Assembly: GCA_000934665.2 (NCBI GenBank)
Contig: JYFJ02001344.1
Coordinates: 1 to 64,000 of the forward strand
DNA: 64,000 bases
DNA from: Catajapyx aquilonaris
Lineage: Eukaryota
Direction: 5' to 3'
A program made the translations under genes and the position numbers. Of the stretch, positions 62,326 to 64,000 are shown piece after piece; positions within the stretch are counted from its first letter, which is position 1; each line of letters opens with the position of its first letter. The notes beneath the pieces were generated by a model that saw only the letters and a list, made by a program, of their open reading frames with translations, searched no databases and had not been told where the DNA came from.

Positions 62326-64000
62326 ATGTTGGTGGTCGTAGTGGGCCTCGTGGTTGGGATTGGACTGGTGCTGGTCGTCCTCCAGCACGTCTTGAAGAAG
62401 CCAACGGACATCACAGGGAAGCACGTGATGGTATTAAAATATTTGGCATTGAGAAAGACTAATATTAAAAAATATTCATAATTATATATTTAAAAATAAT
62501 TTAAGAACCAAATGTATGACATATTCAGATGAGTTGTCGCATTATTTCCTATAATATGTTTACAGCGGACTGCAGACAATTTAATGCTTCGTGCGCATTG
62601 TTGCGACCAAATTATATTTTCATGCCTGTCGTACGCAAGGGGGTTGGTGCACCAGCCATTATTTTCTGTAGTCCCTGAATTACTCTTTCAGAACTCCCAC
62701 TGGTAGCGTCTCATGTCTTTTTGGCTTCGTATGCAGCTGGCGAATAACCTTCAATTTCTGTCACCGCTAGATGCTCCGCATGTTGGAATGTTGCCCAACC
62801 TTAACAGCTGCCAATTAATCGAGTTAGAGTGGGAATAAATCAGTTGCTCGACAGACTCACAACATGGGGCTGCTACTTTTGCAATATGTCACAAGAGGTA
62901 GTAACATACGAGGCCAAGTGTGCGTGTTTGTCCGACCATTTAATTTTTTATTCCCATAATGTAATATGAAAATGGGAATCAAATGGACAAGAAACTTTGC
63001 CATTATATGTTTCCACATCTTATGCAAATTTTGTTTGTTTGTTTGTCCAGGTTTGGGAACCATTGTAACCCATCATAATGGTTCCCAAACCTCGACAAAC
63101 AAATAAACAAACAAATGCAGTTACCGAAGCAACTAGATTATCAATTGTGTAATTAAATTGATTTTACGAATTAATTGATTTAATTCTAAGCCACCTTATT
63201 AATTATTTATTTTAGTAAGCAACCATTTTAATAATTATTTCAGTAATTAACCATTTTATTTATTAATTATTTTATTAATTAAACATTTTGATTATTATTT
63301 ATTTGAGCTATGATTTATGCGTTCGATTAATTATTAAATATGTGTTCATAATTTTCCATATGCTTATAGTGTATCTGTTGATTATTTTATTTGATGAATT
63401 ATCTCATTTTAGCAATTAATCACTTTCACAATTAATTTACTGAATAATCTATATATTTTAATAATCAATCAATTTCAATATGAATTAATTTTGTGTTCAA
63501 TATATTAATAATGGCATTTTATTTATTTATTGCACTATTAATATTTACTTAATTATTAGGGCTAATATTTAATTAATAAGTTATTTTATTGTTTAATCAA
63601 TTTATATTTAATTTGTGTGCGTAATTTATGTTATTTTTATTGTAAATGTATTTTATTGTGAATGCAATTTATTTCAGTTTATTGCCTATGTATTTATTTT
63701 TAGTTAATTTATCATTATATATTAATTGTGCATAAAATTGACTCGACAGCTGCGACAGATTCTGATGCTTTCTGTTCACTAGGTGACAGGGGGATCAAGT
63801 GGTATCGGCCTGTGCGTGGGTGTGGAGGCGGCCAAACGAGGTGCAAACGTGACCCTGATGGCCCGTGACCCGACCCGACTTGAACAGGCGAAAGAGGAGG
63901 TCAGGCGTCACCTGGTGTCCCCTCAGACCCAGAAGGTGCACACGGTGAGTGCGGACGTGTCGGGGGATTACGAGGAGGTGGAGCGGGCGGTGGAGGCGGC
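62326..64000 (+). CDS. KDSR: 3-ketodihydrosphingosine reductase (5' part, runs off the window)
   Basis: Exon 62326-62430 (TM anchor ...KKPTDITGKHVM) + exon from 63783 VTGGSSGIGLCVGVEAAKRGANVTLMARD...SADVSGDYEEV (SDR Rossmann motif). Confidence 0.88.

Overview
Eukaryotic animal genomic DNA, probably from an arthropod-like invertebrate: many 42-90 nt GT-AG introns, TTAGG motifs and an arthropod-type U2 5' end. The first ~15 kb has no supportable genes and is filled with SINEs, MITE/foldback palindromes and minisatellites. From 15 to 64 kb there is a dense spliced-gene cluster, mostly reconstructed by hand across introns: a BBOF1-like coiled-coil gene, an ankyrin-WWE-PARP mono-ADP-ribosyltransferase, a divergent RPS27 (missed by the ORF track), the head-to-head pair PTCD2/MRPS27 with a CENP-B/pogo HTH gene nested in PTCD2 intron 1, cyclin B, PLD6/zucchini, two intronless SPOP-like MATH-BTB genes, a U2 snRNA gene, an 870-aa ankyrin-eIF2alpha kinase-ankyrin gene, two tandem alpha-carbonic anhydrases and the 5' part of KDSR. 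Most interesting: (1) an eIF2alpha-type kinase flanked by ankyrin repeats, whose C-terminal ankyrin exon resembles the N-terminal ankyrin exon of the PARP, suggesting a shuffled sensor module on stress/immune effector enzymes; (2) reuse of U2 snRNA parts around ORFs: a U2 promoter + U2 5' end + 88-codon ORF + compensated U2 stem-loop IV chimera, and a U2 stem-loop IV module starting at the kinase stop codon; (3) a palindromic-repeat mosaic next to U2 that contains a 49-bp copy of an MRPS27 exon/intron junction. All gene models are read from sequence only; no database search or RNA data was available.
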